In this document: piece by piece, positions 17,730 to 27,395 of the stretch
Layout: each line of letters opens with the position of its first letter
Numbering within the stretch: the first letter of the stretch is position 1
Assembly (NCBI GenBank): GCA_963801605.1
Contig: CAWDFP010000006.1
Location: 192,879 to 256,878 of the forward strand
Length of the DNA stretch: 64,000 nucleotides
Direction of reading: 5' to 3'
Source of the DNA: an uncultured candidate division Zixibacteria bacterium
Lineage (GTDB): Bacteria; Zixibacteria; MSB-5A5; UBA10806
Translations under genes and position numbers: made by a program
Notes under the pieces: model-generated
The model's database searches: none
What the model was told of the DNA's origin: nothing
What the model saw: only the letters and a program-made list of their open reading frames with translations

Positions 17730-18197
17730 ATGATTACAATCAGAGAGGCACGAGAGGACGAGCTGCTCAAAGCCGGTGAGCTTTGGGCGGATTTCATGCG
17801 CTTCAACGGCAAATTCGACAGCTCCTTCACTATCAAAGACAAGGCCAAGGATATCTTCTCCAGGGAGATGCTGGAAAAATATCCGGCCAAGGATTCCCGG
17901 TTGGCTGTTGCGGATGACGGCCGCGAATTGGTGGGGTTCTGTTTTTCCTACATTTCGCGCAAGCCGAAATATTTCAAGATCGAGCGTTTCGGTTTTATCG
18001 GCGATCTCTATGTCAAGCCGGAGCACCGTCGGAAAGGCGTGGGCCATGACCTGGTTCGGGATGCGTTCAACTTCTTCGCCAAGCGACGGGTAAATCAGAT
18101 CGAGCTATTGGTGGCTGTCAAAAACGAGGATTCCATCAAGTTCTGGGAGGCGCACGGCTTCAATCAGCTATTGACCTGGATGTATAAGAGGATATGA
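17730..18197 (+). CDS. GNAT-family N-acetyltransferase
   Basis: Acetyl-CoA motif region ..LYVKPEHRRKGVGHDLV.. and a C-terminal ..NEDSIKFWEAHGF. Confidence 0.85.
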   Translation: MITIREAREDELLKAGELWADFMRFNGKFDSSFTIKDKAKDIFSREMLEKYPAKDSRLAVADDGRELVGFCFSYISRKPKYFKIERFGFIGDLYVKPEHRRKGVGHDLVRDAFNFFAKRRVNQIELLVAVKNEDSIKFWEAHGFNQLLTWMYKRI

Positions 18198-18210
18198 GAT
18201 TAGTTGGTAT

Positions 18211-18863
18211 GCCTCAGGATGGAAACGAAGTGACATCCTGAGGCCACTTGAATAGAATGACTCATGATTGGAAAAACTTCTACCTGGATTATTACATTCA
18301 CCATGTGACCGGTACGGTTCATCAGTGGCAACCGATCCTGTTATCCCCACAAATAACTGAACTGTATTATCAGGAATATCTTCGTCTGGCTAAATCAATA
18401 GAGATTTGGACATTAGGGTATGTTATAATGCCGGAGCATTTTCATTTGTTGATAACGGCGGATTCAGGCGATAAAATACTGCGCTTCTTACATGGATTTA
18501 GGCGATCATTGTCAGGAAAGGCCAGAAGGATGGTCGAATCAACTAATTCTGAAATAATTGAATATTGTCGATTGAATGCAGTTGATATCGCAAAATTCTA
18601 TGCTAAAACCGCAGGCAAATCGAATTTTAGGTTCTGGAAAGAAAAGCCCCGAGTATTTCCGATGAATTCTCCAGAAGCTATTCAACAAAAACTCGATTAT
18701 ATCCACATGAATCCAGTACGTAGAGGGCTTGTCGATCTGGCAGAAAACTGGCCGCATTCAAGTATTAAGGCTCACCTCTACAATGAACCGACAAGAATTC
18801 CGATTGGACTTGGGCCTCAGGATGTCGCTGAAAGAACGCTTCCATCCTGAGGCATAACCATGA
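18211..18863 (+). mobile_element. RAYT gene bracketed by REP hairpins
   Basis: GCCTCAGGATG...CATCCTGAGGC hairpins at 18211-18244 and 18824-18863 flank the Y1 transposase ORF. The second hairpin overlaps the 3' end of the ORF. Confidence 0.75.
18248..18850 (+). CDS. REP-associated tyrosine transposase (RAYT, IS200/IS605-like Y1 HUH enzyme)
   Basis: HUH motif MPEHFHLLI and a catalytic Tyr in the LDYIHMNPVRRGL context. Confidence 0.85.
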   Translation: MNRMTHDWKNFYLDYYIHHVTGTVHQWQPILLSPQITELYYQEYLRLAKSIEIWTLGYVIMPEHFHLLITADSGDKILRFLHGFRRSLSGKARRMVESTNSEIIEYCRLNAVDIAKFYAKTAGKSNFRFWKEKPRVFPMNSPEAIQQKLDYIHMNPVRRGLVDLAENWPHSSIKAHLYNEPTRIPIGLGPQDVAERTLPS

Positions 18864-20082
18864 ATACTGCCACAGGCTTCTCAGCACTTAAAAACGGGAA
18901 TATTCGATGGTCGGCGTTGGGGTCGGCCTTTTTTACGTTTGGCAATCGCGCTCTGGGGATAGTGATTGCTTTCCAAATTTATCAGATCACGCATAGCGCG
19001 CTGGCGTTAGGCTGGCTGGGTCTGATGGAGGCTATTCCCGCCATTACGGTAGCCCCGTTCGGCGGGCATGTGGCCGATAATTTCAACCGTCACCGAATTA
19101 TCATGACTACCCGGGCGATCTGCTTTATCTGCGCGCTGGCTCTGGCGATTCTATCGCGTTTTGAGGCCGGTTACATAGTAATCCTGTTTTATACACTTAT
19201 ATTCATTTTCGGATTTGCCAGAGGATTCACCGATCCCGCCATGACCGCCTTCGAGTCGCAGATTGTCCCCAAGGACCTGATTATTAATGCCTCGTCATGG
19301 TTTGGCAGTGTTTCGATAACATCATCGATACTCGGGCAGGCGGCCAGCGGGTTCATCTTTGCGGGGTTCGGCGCGACCGTATCGTATATGGTAATCGCGG
19401 GCTGTTTTATAGCGTCATTTTTTTGCGTGGCGTTCATAACGCCGGAGGCGCAGGTCAAGCCGGAGAAGGATGAGCGCGTATTCGAGAGCATCAAGATCGG
19501 ATGGAAAGCGCTGTATCATATCCAGCCGCTGTTTGCGGCGATGGCGCTCGATATGATCGCGGTGCTGTTCGGGGGGATGACGATACTGCTTCCGATTTTC
19601 GCCAACGATATCCTCAAGATCGGGGCCGGCGGGTATGGCTTGCTCAACGCTACCATCTCTGTAGGGGCGCTGGGTTCGATGCTTTTAGCGATGACCTACT
19701 CCCCGGTCATCAAGAAGGCGGGCAAGAATCTGTTGATTTCGGTGACGGCGTTTGGGGTATGTATCATTGTATTCGCGTTTTCGACGCAATGTCTGGCTTT
19801 CGGTGGTTATGCTGTTCCTCTCCGGCTTTTTCGATGGTATCAGCATGATTATCCGTCGCGCTATGACGCAGGCTGCTCTCGCCAGATCAGTTGCGCGGAC
19901 GGATTGCCGCCGCCAACTCGATCTTCATCACGGCCTCCAACGAGCTTGGCGCGTTCGAAAGCGGCATGCTTGCGGCGTTGGTGGGCACGATTCCCTGTGT
20001 CGCTCTCGGCGGTATGGTGACGCTGATTGTGGTGGCGGTTACGGCGAGATTTGCGGGGGAGCTAAGGGGGCTGGAATTGTGA
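18860..20082 (+). CDS. MFS transporter (EntS/MFS_3-like) disrupted by two frameshifts near the 3' end
   Basis: Multiple TM helices. The true reading hops across frames: 18860.. then [26 protein letters not shown] (19752 frame) then [29 protein letters not shown] (19891 frame). Confidence 0.75.
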
Positions 20083-20261
20083 GGGGGGAGAGAATTTACA
20101 AGTTATGAAAACGTCGCGAAATGGAAACCATAATTAGTTGGATATGATGGTGCTATTTTCATAATTCATTTAATTCATCTATGTAGCCATTAAATATCGC
20201 TAAAATAGATAAGAATTAACTTGACAGGTACCTAAATATTTTGTATTAGTTTTTTGACAAT

Positions 20262-20813
20262 GTGACTATTTTGCGTTTGTTGACGCATAAGTATCGTATG
20301 AAGAATGATGGAAACACCAAATGGAGAGTTGCAATGCAAGCACTTAGACCGTTAATTATATCTCAGGCCAGGGCATTTGCATCAAAATGTGGGGATATTG
20401 ATAATACGGCTTTTGAGGATGTTGCGTATTGGGAAATTTATCGATATTATACTGAAATTATTAGTTCCAATGGTAACTTTGATTTTGTATTAGCTAAAAT
20501 GAAATTTTCTGCGATAAGAGCAATGAAAAAACTAAAAAAAGGAAAACCGCCTTGGAAACATATATTTGGTGATGACGCTATTAATAATTGTTATGCTGGC
20601 GAAAAAGGACTTGACGGAATAAAAATCGCAAACTATATAATGAGTTATGATAAGCGACTCGGTAGCCTGCTTAAGGCATATCTGAATGGGAAGGAATTTA
20701 ATTGTTATGGAGACAAGGCTTACTTTTACAGAAAAATCCATTCTTATATTGTCAATAGGCATTCGTTTGGCAACATGAGTTTCCTGATAAGTAGAATATT
20801 TGAAAGAACATAA
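20262..20813 (+). CDS. hypothetical protein, first gene of the AT-rich island operon
   Basis: ORF lies 11 nt upstream of the next gene, with a GAGGAAG SD for that downstream gene. It has weak resemblance to sigma-70 region 2-like helices only. The start is uncertain (GTG 20262 or ATG 20298). Confidence 0.45.
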   Translation: MTILRLLTHKYRMKNDGNTKWRVAMQALRPLIISQARAFASKCGDIDNTAFEDVAYWEIYRYYTEIISSNGNFDFVLAKMKFSAIRAMKKLKKGKPPWKHIFGDDAINNCYAGEKGLDGIKIANYIMSYDKRLGSLLKAYLNGKEFNCYGDKAYFYRKIHSYIVNRHSFGNMSFLISRIFERT

Positions 20814-20824
20814 ACGAGGAAGAG

Positions 20825-21658
20825 ATGAAAAAAATACCATTTGAACCTAAAACTATTCCCATAAAAAGTATTGACGTTATTAGGCATCGTGACCGGGATA
20901 AGGATGAATTTGAGGGATTAGTAAAAAGCATCGGGGGAGGACAAATAAAATCCGTATTTGTTAAGGAAGGAGATGAAGGCAGATACAAGCTATTTAGTGG
21001 TGAGGGTCGAATAGAAGCACTAAAAGCGCTGGGCAAAACCGAAGTCAGAGCTTTGGTATTTCTCAAGGGGTCCATAGATGATAAAGAGGTTATGCTTGAG
21101 TGGTTATCGGCTAACGCCAGGAGAGATAATCCCCCGTTGCAGGAAGCAATATTTATGGCCTATGACCTAGAGAAAGGGCTTTCATTGGAGCAAATAGCCG
21201 AAAGATATGGGAAAAAAGAGGGTACGGTTCGCTCCATGATCAGAACGCTCAAGACAGCAGACGAACAATTAATTAAGGATGTTGACGAAGGAACAATTAA
21301 ATTCCACCAGGCTCAAGATATAACTGGGCATTTTCCGGATAAGCATGATCAAAAAGAAATTCTATCATACTTAAAGGATGAGAAACTCCCTGCAAGCGCA
21401 ACAAGGGCAGTAATTAACACTTTTCGTAAGGCAAAAAAGAGCCTGGGGAAAGCCCCAAATCGAAGCCAAATGCAGCAGGGTATATCCGGATTGGAAAGAG
21501 ACAAGGCAAAAACAAACCGGCAAATTCAATTTTACAGAGAAAAATTGGCAATTTTGGCAAACATTACACAAATATCCTTAAACGATGCAAAACTATTGAG
21601 GTTGTTAACCTTACACAAAATAAGATTCTCCGATCTTCTTAATTTGGAGCAACTATGA
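20825..21658 (+). CDS. ParB/Srx N-terminal-domain protein with HTH
   Basis: IPIKSIDVIRHRDR...YKLFSGEGRIEALKALGKTEVRALVF (ParB-N box) followed by an HTH, LSLEQIAERYGKKEGTVRSMIRTLK. Confidence 0.75.
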   Translation: MKKIPFEPKTIPIKSIDVIRHRDRDKDEFEGLVKSIGGGQIKSVFVKEGDEGRYKLFSGEGRIEALKALGKTEVRALVFLKGSIDDKEVMLEWLSANARRDNPPLQEAIFMAYDLEKGLSLEQIAERYGKKEGTVRSMIRTLKTADEQLIKDVDEGTIKFHQAQDITGHFPDKHDQKEILSYLKDEKLPASATRAVINTFRKAKKSLGKAPNRSQMQQGISGLERDKAKTNRQIQFYREKLAILANITQISLNDAKLLRLLTLHKIRFSDLLNLEQL

Positions 21659-22560
21659 AAGTAGAAACTAAATATCTACGAATAGATGAACTTGAGACGA
21701 TTAGTAGTTTTGAGCGTCAAAAACCTAAAACGGCGGCTGAAGTATCCGAATTTCGTACTTTGGAGTTATCGCTGAAAGAAATAGGATTAAGTGACCCGTT
21801 TGTCGTTTATAAGCAGGGTGATAAATATATCCTCTGCGATGGTTATATCAGATTAAGGATTATTAAAGGATTTATGCTTGACGGTATTACCAGCCCCATT
21901 GATTTCGATAATATTCTTTGCGAGGTTGTGGATGAGCCTGATATTACCCCCGCTCAATTAAGATTAGAATCAAACAAGCGAAGCGCTATTACGCCGTCTC
22001 AAATGGCGGAAGGCTTCAGAGACCTACTGAAGATTCATCATTTTAATCTAAGGGAATTAGGCCCCAAATTTGGAATGTCTCACCAATCAATCGCTAATTA
22101 TTTGGAGATATTAAAATGTATACCTGAGGTGCAGAGGGCTATCGATAAAAAGATTTTTCCAATGAGCGCGGGTAAACAATTTTGCGTATTAACCCCCGAA
22201 GGACAGCGAACCCTATACGATAGCCTAATATCTAAATATGGCCAAGCGCCGCGCTTCACTAGATCCCAAATGGAAGAAGGAAAGGAATCACTGAAGGACT
22301 CTCTTTTTATTGCATCCAAAGCTCAGCGTATGAAACGAAGCGAGAACCTTAGAGAAAAGAAAAAAGGGGCAGTCGTGAGGAGGCCCTTGGAAAGAAGTCT
22401 GGCAACAACAATAGAGCAACTTGAAAAAGAAATTCGATATTCAGAAGAGGAGCTTAACGACAAAAGAGATAATCTCTTAAATCTTCTTACACGCTGGGAA
22501 CTTGCATTTAGAATTCTGGAGATAAGGGAATATTTTAAAAATACATTTCCCGATAATTGA
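21655..22560 (+). CDS. second ParB-like protein with HTH
   Basis: The ATGA overlap with the previous gene suggests coupling. YILCDGYIRLRIIKGF (degenerate ParB box) and HTH LRELGPKFGMSHQSIANYLEILK. Confidence 0.65.
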   Translation: MKVETKYLRIDELETISSFERQKPKTAAEVSEFRTLELSLKEIGLSDPFVVYKQGDKYILCDGYIRLRIIKGFMLDGITSPIDFDNILCEVVDEPDITPAQLRLESNKRSAITPSQMAEGFRDLLKIHHFNLRELGPKFGMSHQSIANYLEILKCIPEVQRAIDKKIFPMSAGKQFCVLTPEGQRTLYDSLISKYGQAPRFTRSQMEEGKESLKDSLFIASKAQRMKRSENLREKKKGAVVRRPLERSLATTIEQLEKEIRYSEEELNDKRDNLLNLLTRWELAFRILEIREYFKNTFPDN

Positions 22561-22691
22561 TGCATTCTTACAGCAATTGATCAGGCAGGAAATTGGCGCT
22601 CAAATATAAATTCAATTTGGCTATGATAAATAAAATTTGCCCGGTTGGCCGTTGACATAATTCGATTATACAATTAGGAAGGGGTAAACAA

Positions 22692-23549
22692 ATGAAGAAG
22701 GAATTGATTGTACGGTTACATACCCAATTTGAGGAATTTGCCCATAGTGAGGAAGATATAGAGTTCTGGTTTGCCCGCGATCTCCAAAATCTCCTTGGGT
22801 ATACGAAATGGGAGAATTTCAGCAAAGTAGTCGAAAAGGCAAAAATCGCATGTGAAAGATCCAGCCAGAATATAGAGGACCATTTTCCTGGGGTCAGGAA
22901 ATTGGTTGATATAGGCTCAGGTACGCAACGCGAAATCGACGATATCGCCCTTACTCGCTATGCATGTTATTTGATAGCCCAAAATGGTGACCCTAATAAA
23001 ACAGAGATTGCATTTGCCCAAACTTATTTCGCTATCCAAACGAGAAAACAAGAATTGATTGAGCAACGATTGATTGAAATCGAACGTGTGCAAGCCCGAA
23101 AGAAACTAACTAACTCTGAGAAGGAACTCTCTGGAATAATTTTTGAGCGTATCGGTGACAATATGGGATTCGCCCGTATTCGAAGCAAAGGAGATATGGC
23201 GCTTTTCGGCGGCAAGTCAACTAGGGATATGAAATACCGCCTGAATGTTCCCGGAGATCGACCTTTAGCTGATTTCCTGCCCACGATTACAATAAAAGCA
23301 AAAGACTTCGCAAATGAGATCACCAATTTTACCATAAAAAAGGAAGATCTTAAGTCCGAGCAGTCCATCACAAGTGAACATGTTAAAAATAATGAGGATG
23401 TTCGGAAAATCCTAACAGACCGCAATATAAAACCAGAGGATTTACCTCCAGCGGAAGATGCCAAAAAGGTCGAACGACGTATTAAGTCTCAAGATAAAAA
23501 ACTCATCTCCGAAATTGCTAAACCCAAAAGGAAAAAACAAAAAAAGTAA
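22692..23549 (+). CDS. dinD: DNA-damage-inducible protein D (DinD) family
   Basis: ..ARDLQNLLGYTKWENF...ALTRYACYLIAQNGDPNK..IAFAQTYFAIQTRKQE.. closely parallels E. coli DinD. The C-terminal tail is lysine-rich. Confidence 0.85.
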   Translation: MKKELIVRLHTQFEEFAHSEEDIEFWFARDLQNLLGYTKWENFSKVVEKAKIACERSSQNIEDHFPGVRKLVDIGSGTQREIDDIALTRYACYLIAQNGDPNKTEIAFAQTYFAIQTRKQELIEQRLIEIERVQARKKLTNSEKELSGIIFERIGDNMGFARIRSKGDMALFGGKSTRDMKYRLNVPGDRPLADFLPTITIKAKDFANEITNFTIKKEDLKSEQSITSEHVKNNEDVRKILTDRNIKPEDLPPAEDAKKVERRIKSQDKKLISEIAKPKRKKQKK

Positions 23550-23705
23550 TATTTATTCCCTACTCTTGTTTTCACATTTAGCCCTAACCATTTTCCCGAC
23601 GTCAGGAATATGGTTGCATATATGATCGATTTTTCCGCGGCGGCGCGGGCCTCAATTTGCGGGATATAAGTATTCAGCGAAATCCGGGCGTACAGCATAT
23701 AGTTT

Positions 23706-23745
23706 ACCTCAGGATGTCGCTGGAATTACGCTTCCAGCCTGAGGC
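23706..23745. repeat. third, slightly degenerate REP copy
   Basis: ACCTCAGGATGTCGCTGgaattaCGCTTCCAgCCTGAGGC compared with 18824-18863 GCCTCAGGATGTCGCTGaaagaaCGCTTCCAtCCTGAGGC. Confidence 0.7.
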
Positions 23746-23772
23746 ATAAAAAAAGCCGCTTCCTGTCCCAGT

Positions 23773-24162
23773 CTACATAGTATCATCGGGCCTTTCGATG
23801 ACTTGAGTCTCTTCGGCATAGAACACGGGGCCAAAGGCGCATGTCTGAGGAGCATCGGGCTCGACATAACCGTAAACCTGGAGTCTCAGGCCCTGCCTGA
23901 GCTCAAGCGCCTCGCGGACGCAGAAAATCGGCTCAAATAGAACACCTTCATCTGTTTGTAAGTACCAGCAGCCCGTGGTAGTGTCATCAATGCCGACCAT
24001 GCCGACAAGAAATACTCTTTCCCTCACTCCCCATTTTAGCGGGTCTCCACCGCGGCTGATCGAAATAGTTGCGTTGGCAGCGGGAGATCGTGACGGCCCA
24101 TCCCTGCTGCATCCAAAGAGCAACATTAGCGTCGCTACAAAAATTAGGAGATTGCATTTCAT
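23773..24162 (-). CDS. hypothetical lipoprotein
   Basis: Lipobox in MKCNLLIFVATLMLLFGCS. ATG at 24162 is preceded by a G-rich SD. Confidence 0.6.
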   Translation of the reverse strand: MKCNLLIFVATLMLLFGCSRDGPSRSPAANATISISRGGDPLKWGVRERVFLVGMVGIDDTTTGCWYLQTDEGVLFEPIFCVREALELRQGLRLQVYGYVEPDAPQTCAFGPVFYAEETQVIERPDDTM

Positions 24163-24486
24163 ATGCACCCCCCAAATCTTAATGTTTATCGCCATTCCGG
24201 TCGGCCGGATAAAATAGCCTTAAGAATGAAGCGCATTAAGTATGATGTTGGTTGTTTGAGCCAACTTTAATATGTATCATGAACTTTTATTGTCAAGGAA
24301 TTTGTTAAAGTTATTTAGCAGCCTTAAAGCGCAAGTCGCAACCATCCTATTAAGGGCAGGCCAGCCCTTCAAAGACGTTGTACTATCATAATATTCAGTG
24401 GTTTAACATTGGCTGAATTACAGCGGGTCCCTGGGGAACCACAATTTAAAATCCGACTTTCACTCCGGACTCAGCACTCAGTCCTG

Positions 24487-25396
24487 CTAAAACAGCGCGA
24501 TGCTTACCAGTAATGTCAGTATAAAGCAGACGACGATGGCAGTGGAATATAGCAGGCCGGTCAGGATGGTCTTAAGGGCGGTCCGCAGCCACGACTGCTG
24601 AAATACCGCTCTGAAATCCCAGATAGCAGTAAACTCCCAGAATCAATGGAAGTATCAAAATGAGCCAGCTGATATCCGCGAAATACCCCAATATTAAATA
24701 GAGCGTGAACAGCAAAAAGGCGAAGGAATGAAAATGAACCGAGAAAACCAGACAATCGATATAATACTCGGCCCGTTTTCTAAATAGCAGGTAAAGCAGC
24801 AGGGCGAAAATCGGCATCAGGGCGAACATCATGTAAGAGATCCCTTTCAGCAGCCGATGGATAAACTCGGTTTGCCCCTCGCGGTTGAGGCGCGCCACCT
24901 GACGAGCCATATATTTGTTGAACTCGGTCTGTCTGATCCCCCGAGCCTGCATCAGCGAATCGATCTGCGCGTTTGTCAAGCCCGCCATATCCGAGGCGTG
25001 GAGATCGAAAAATGAAATGTTAAGCTTGTTCCCGGTCTCCGCGGTTGCTCCCTCGCTGTTTAGCTCGGCGTCGTTAGCCGGTACCGTCAACGACAGCGCC
25101 AGAAAAAAGATAAAGCTCAGGAAGATGTAAAGCCGGATCGGCGGCACGAAGCTGGTGCGTCGCCCGGCCTTGAACTCGTTGGTCAAACATCCCGGCTTGA
25201 ACAGGAGCGTATAGATGGTCTTAAAGGATTTGCTGTCGAAATGGATGAATCCCTCGAGCGCCTCCATCAGCAGATGCCGGAATGGGACCCGCAGATCGTG
25301 GTTTTTCTGCCCGCATTGAGAGCAGAAATTGTCATCGTGTTTGAGCGTCCTACCGCAATTAGGGCAATTGAGAGATTTCCGATGGGGTTTTGTCAT
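24487..25396 (-). CDS. DUF3667-like zinc-ribbon membrane protein (probable 3' frameshift)
   Basis: N-terminal CPNCGRTLKHDDNFCSQCG, then TM helices. The track ORF stops at 24572, but another frame continues as ..FQQSWLRTALKTILTGLLYSTAIVVCFILTLLVSIALF* ending at 24487. Confidence 0.65.
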
Positions 25397-25444
25397 GACA
25401 AATGGATTATACAGTAAAGGGCGGAGTGTTTCAAAATATAAAAC

Positions 25445-25466
25445 GGTCGGGTTCGGGGACCCGACC
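25445..25466. repeat. GC-rich palindromic element, with a second copy at 42414-42433
   Basis: GGTCGGGTTCGGGGACCCGACC here, compared with GTCGGGTTCGGGGACCTGAC at 42414-42433. Confidence 0.4.
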
Positions 25467-25559
25467 GCATGTATAATCAGCTTTTTTTGTTAATGGTGAC
25501 GCATTATGCGGGAGGATTGCTTTATCCCGCTTTAAGCAGCGGGATTCGCAATAACAGCC

Positions 25560-25589
25560 AAAAAAACCGGGGACTTTTTCGATCCCCGG
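25560..25589 (-). terminator. intrinsic terminator after gene 25619..25915
   Basis: Hairpin CCGGGGA-ctttttcga-TCCCCGG with a T7 run on the minus strand. Confidence 0.7.
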
Positions 25590-25618
25590 CCTTATTTTGC
25601 CAACCCTTTACTCAGTAC

Positions 25619-25915
25619 TCAAGGCTGGCTATTAGCTTTGGTCAGATGACCCGCCATCATAGCTTCGGCGTCTTTCATAGTGAATTTGATCAGTTCAGTC
25701 GCTTTTGCATCGTGGCGCATAGCAAATGGCACGATATTTAGAGCTTCCTCCTTATTGTCAACATCGACAATAAACCAGGCCTTATGTTCATCGTCTTTGC
25801 AGCCCCAATCAGCGTTAGTTAAAAAATGCGAACCGGTCTGCTGAAACACCCGTATTGCCATCGCACATGATTCTGTATCGGGCCCATGCGGGACCTCGAT
25901 TAAAAATCTTGCCAT
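25619..25915 (-). CDS. hypothetical protein (98 aa)
   Basis: GGGAGG SD lies 7 nt before ATG 25915 (MARFLIEVPHG...). The track start at 25975 is unlikely. Confidence 0.55.
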   Translation of the reverse strand: MARFLIEVPHGPDTESCAMAIRVFQQTGSHFLTNADWGCKDDEHKAWFIVDVDNKEEALNIVPFAMRHDAKATELIKFTMKDAEAMMAGHLTKANSQP

Positions 25916-25987
25916 AAGAAGCCTCCCTTGAATAATAGTCCTAACTTTGTAAATCATAACTCTTGTTCGCACCAAATAGTTGCCAAT

Positions 25988-26017
25988 AAAAAAACCGGGA
26001 ATCTTTTCGATCCCCGG
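25988..26017 (-). terminator. intrinsic terminator after asnA
   Basis: Hairpin CCGGGA-atcttttcga-TCCCCGG plus a T7 run on the minus strand. Its sequence is related to the terminator at 25560-25589. Confidence 0.6.
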
Positions 26018-26044
26018 TTGCAGAATAGGATTCTTGACTGGCGT

Positions 26045-26512
26045 CTATTCGAGAACGTGAATGTTCTTCTTGGCGCAGATATCCTTGAGTTCTTTCGGCC
26101 ACACCGTAACTGTCACTTCGCCGAGATGAGCGGTTCTGAGCAGATACATATAGGTGCGCGCCTGTCCAATACCACCGCCGATTGATAGCGGAATCTTGTC
26201 ATTCAGGATAGCCTGGTGATACGGCAGTTTGAGGAAATCAAGCTGGCCTGAGATTTCAAGCTGCTGCTTCATGGTTTCCTTGGTTACGCGGATACCCATC
26301 GAGGTCAGTTCATGACGGCGCTTGGTAACCGGGTTCCAAACCAGGATATCACCATTGAGACCATGAGTGTCTTTGCCGGTCTCATCCTTGGTCGGGTGTA
26401 ACCCAATCGTCGTAGTCGGCGGCGCGCATTTCGTGCGGATAGCCGTCCTTAAGCACCCAGCCGATACCAATAATAAAGACCGCAGGATATTCCTGGATGA
26501 TCTTGGTTTCAC
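26045..26512 (-). CDS. asnA: aspartate-ammonia ligase AsnA, C-terminal fragment
   Basis: ..HGLNGDILVWNPVTKRRHELTSMGIRV...IGGGIGQARTYMYLL.. parallels the E. coli AsnA C-terminus. Homology begins near 26397. Confidence 0.85.
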   Translation of the reverse strand: MKPRSSRNILRSLLLVSAGCLRTAIRTKCAPPTTTIGLHPTKDETGKDTHGLNGDILVWNPVTKRRHELTSMGIRVTKETMKQQLEISGQLDFLKLPYHQAILNDKIPLSIGGGIGQARTYMYLLRTAHLGEVTVTVWPKELKDICAKKNIHVLE

Positions 26513-27173
26513 GCTGTTTGCGCGGAAGATCCGGATACTTGGCCAGAAGGTCCTCGGCGTGGATGAATTCCAGCTTCTCGGGGATAGCAGGATATTTCGG
26601 ATTCTTCAAAGCCGGGAACATTTCCTGGGCAGCCAAACCGGCGCCGCGGATAACTTTCCAGATTTTCTGAACTGTATCTTTCAGATATTCGAGGTTGCGT
26701 TCTTTCGCGGTGATCCGACGTTCCCAATCCCACTGATCGACATAAGAGGAGTGATCATGATCAAGGAAGTAGTCTTTGCGGACAGCGCGCATATCGGTGC
26801 AGATACCTTCGCCAACTTTGCATTCGAATTGGGCCAGGGCCGTTCTTTTCCACTTGGTCGCGGCCTGCACCACCTGAGCTGTGATGCGGGGGTTGATTCC
26901 CAGGCCGCAGGGGAACTCCACGGGAGTCCGGGAACCGTCGCGGTCAAGGTAATCGTTGACGCCGCTGTCGCGGTCTACGATAAGCGGAACCTGAACCATA
27001 GAAAGGTTCAACTCTTTACAAAGATCATCTTCGATGTACCGTTTGATCGTGTAGAGCGCTCGCTGGGTATCCAGTCGGTTGAGCAGCGGGGCGTAATCGG
27101 TTGGTAGAATCTTCTCTACTTCTGGATACGTGCTGATGCCTGGACCGGCCAGATCTGCTTTTTTGTCAGCCAT
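26382..27173 (-). CDS. asnA: aspartate-ammonia ligase AsnA, N-terminal fragment
   Basis: AGGAG SD precedes the start. ..RAADYDDWVTP, then a 1-nt shift at the GGG run 26393-26395 joins to TKDETGKDTHGLNGD. Confidence 0.85.
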   Translation of the reverse strand: MADKKADLAGPGISTYPEVEKILPTDYAPLLNRLDTQRALYTIKRYIEDDLCKELNLSMVQVPLIVDRDSGVNDYLDRDGSRTPVEFPCGLGINPRITAQVVQAATKWKRTALAQFECKVGEGICTDMRAVRKDYFLDHDHSSYVDQWDWERRITAKERNLEYLKDTVQKIWKVIRGAGLAAQEMFPALKNPKYPAIPEKLEFIHAEDLLAKYPDLPRKQRETKIIQEYPAVFIIGIGWVLKDGYPHEMRAADYDDWVTPDQG

Positions 27174-27395
27174 GTTATCATCTCCTAATTGGTTTGAAAC
27201 TCAAAACATAAAAACACGGCGACCAATATAACGACCCCTTCCATTTAAGGCAACTCCATTTTACGAGGGTTTAGTGGATTGTCAGGAAATTATGTAAAGA
27301 TTTGTCATTCACGAGGATATTACTAATTTGCGTGGGGATTATTGCCCCGGCGGGTGGGTTGAAACGTATCACTTACAATGTTGATTGCAAGGCAA

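Noticed and set aside
26367-27107. 246-aa plus-strand ORF.
   Set aside because: It is entirely antisense to asnA, whose translation matches E. coli AsnA closely.
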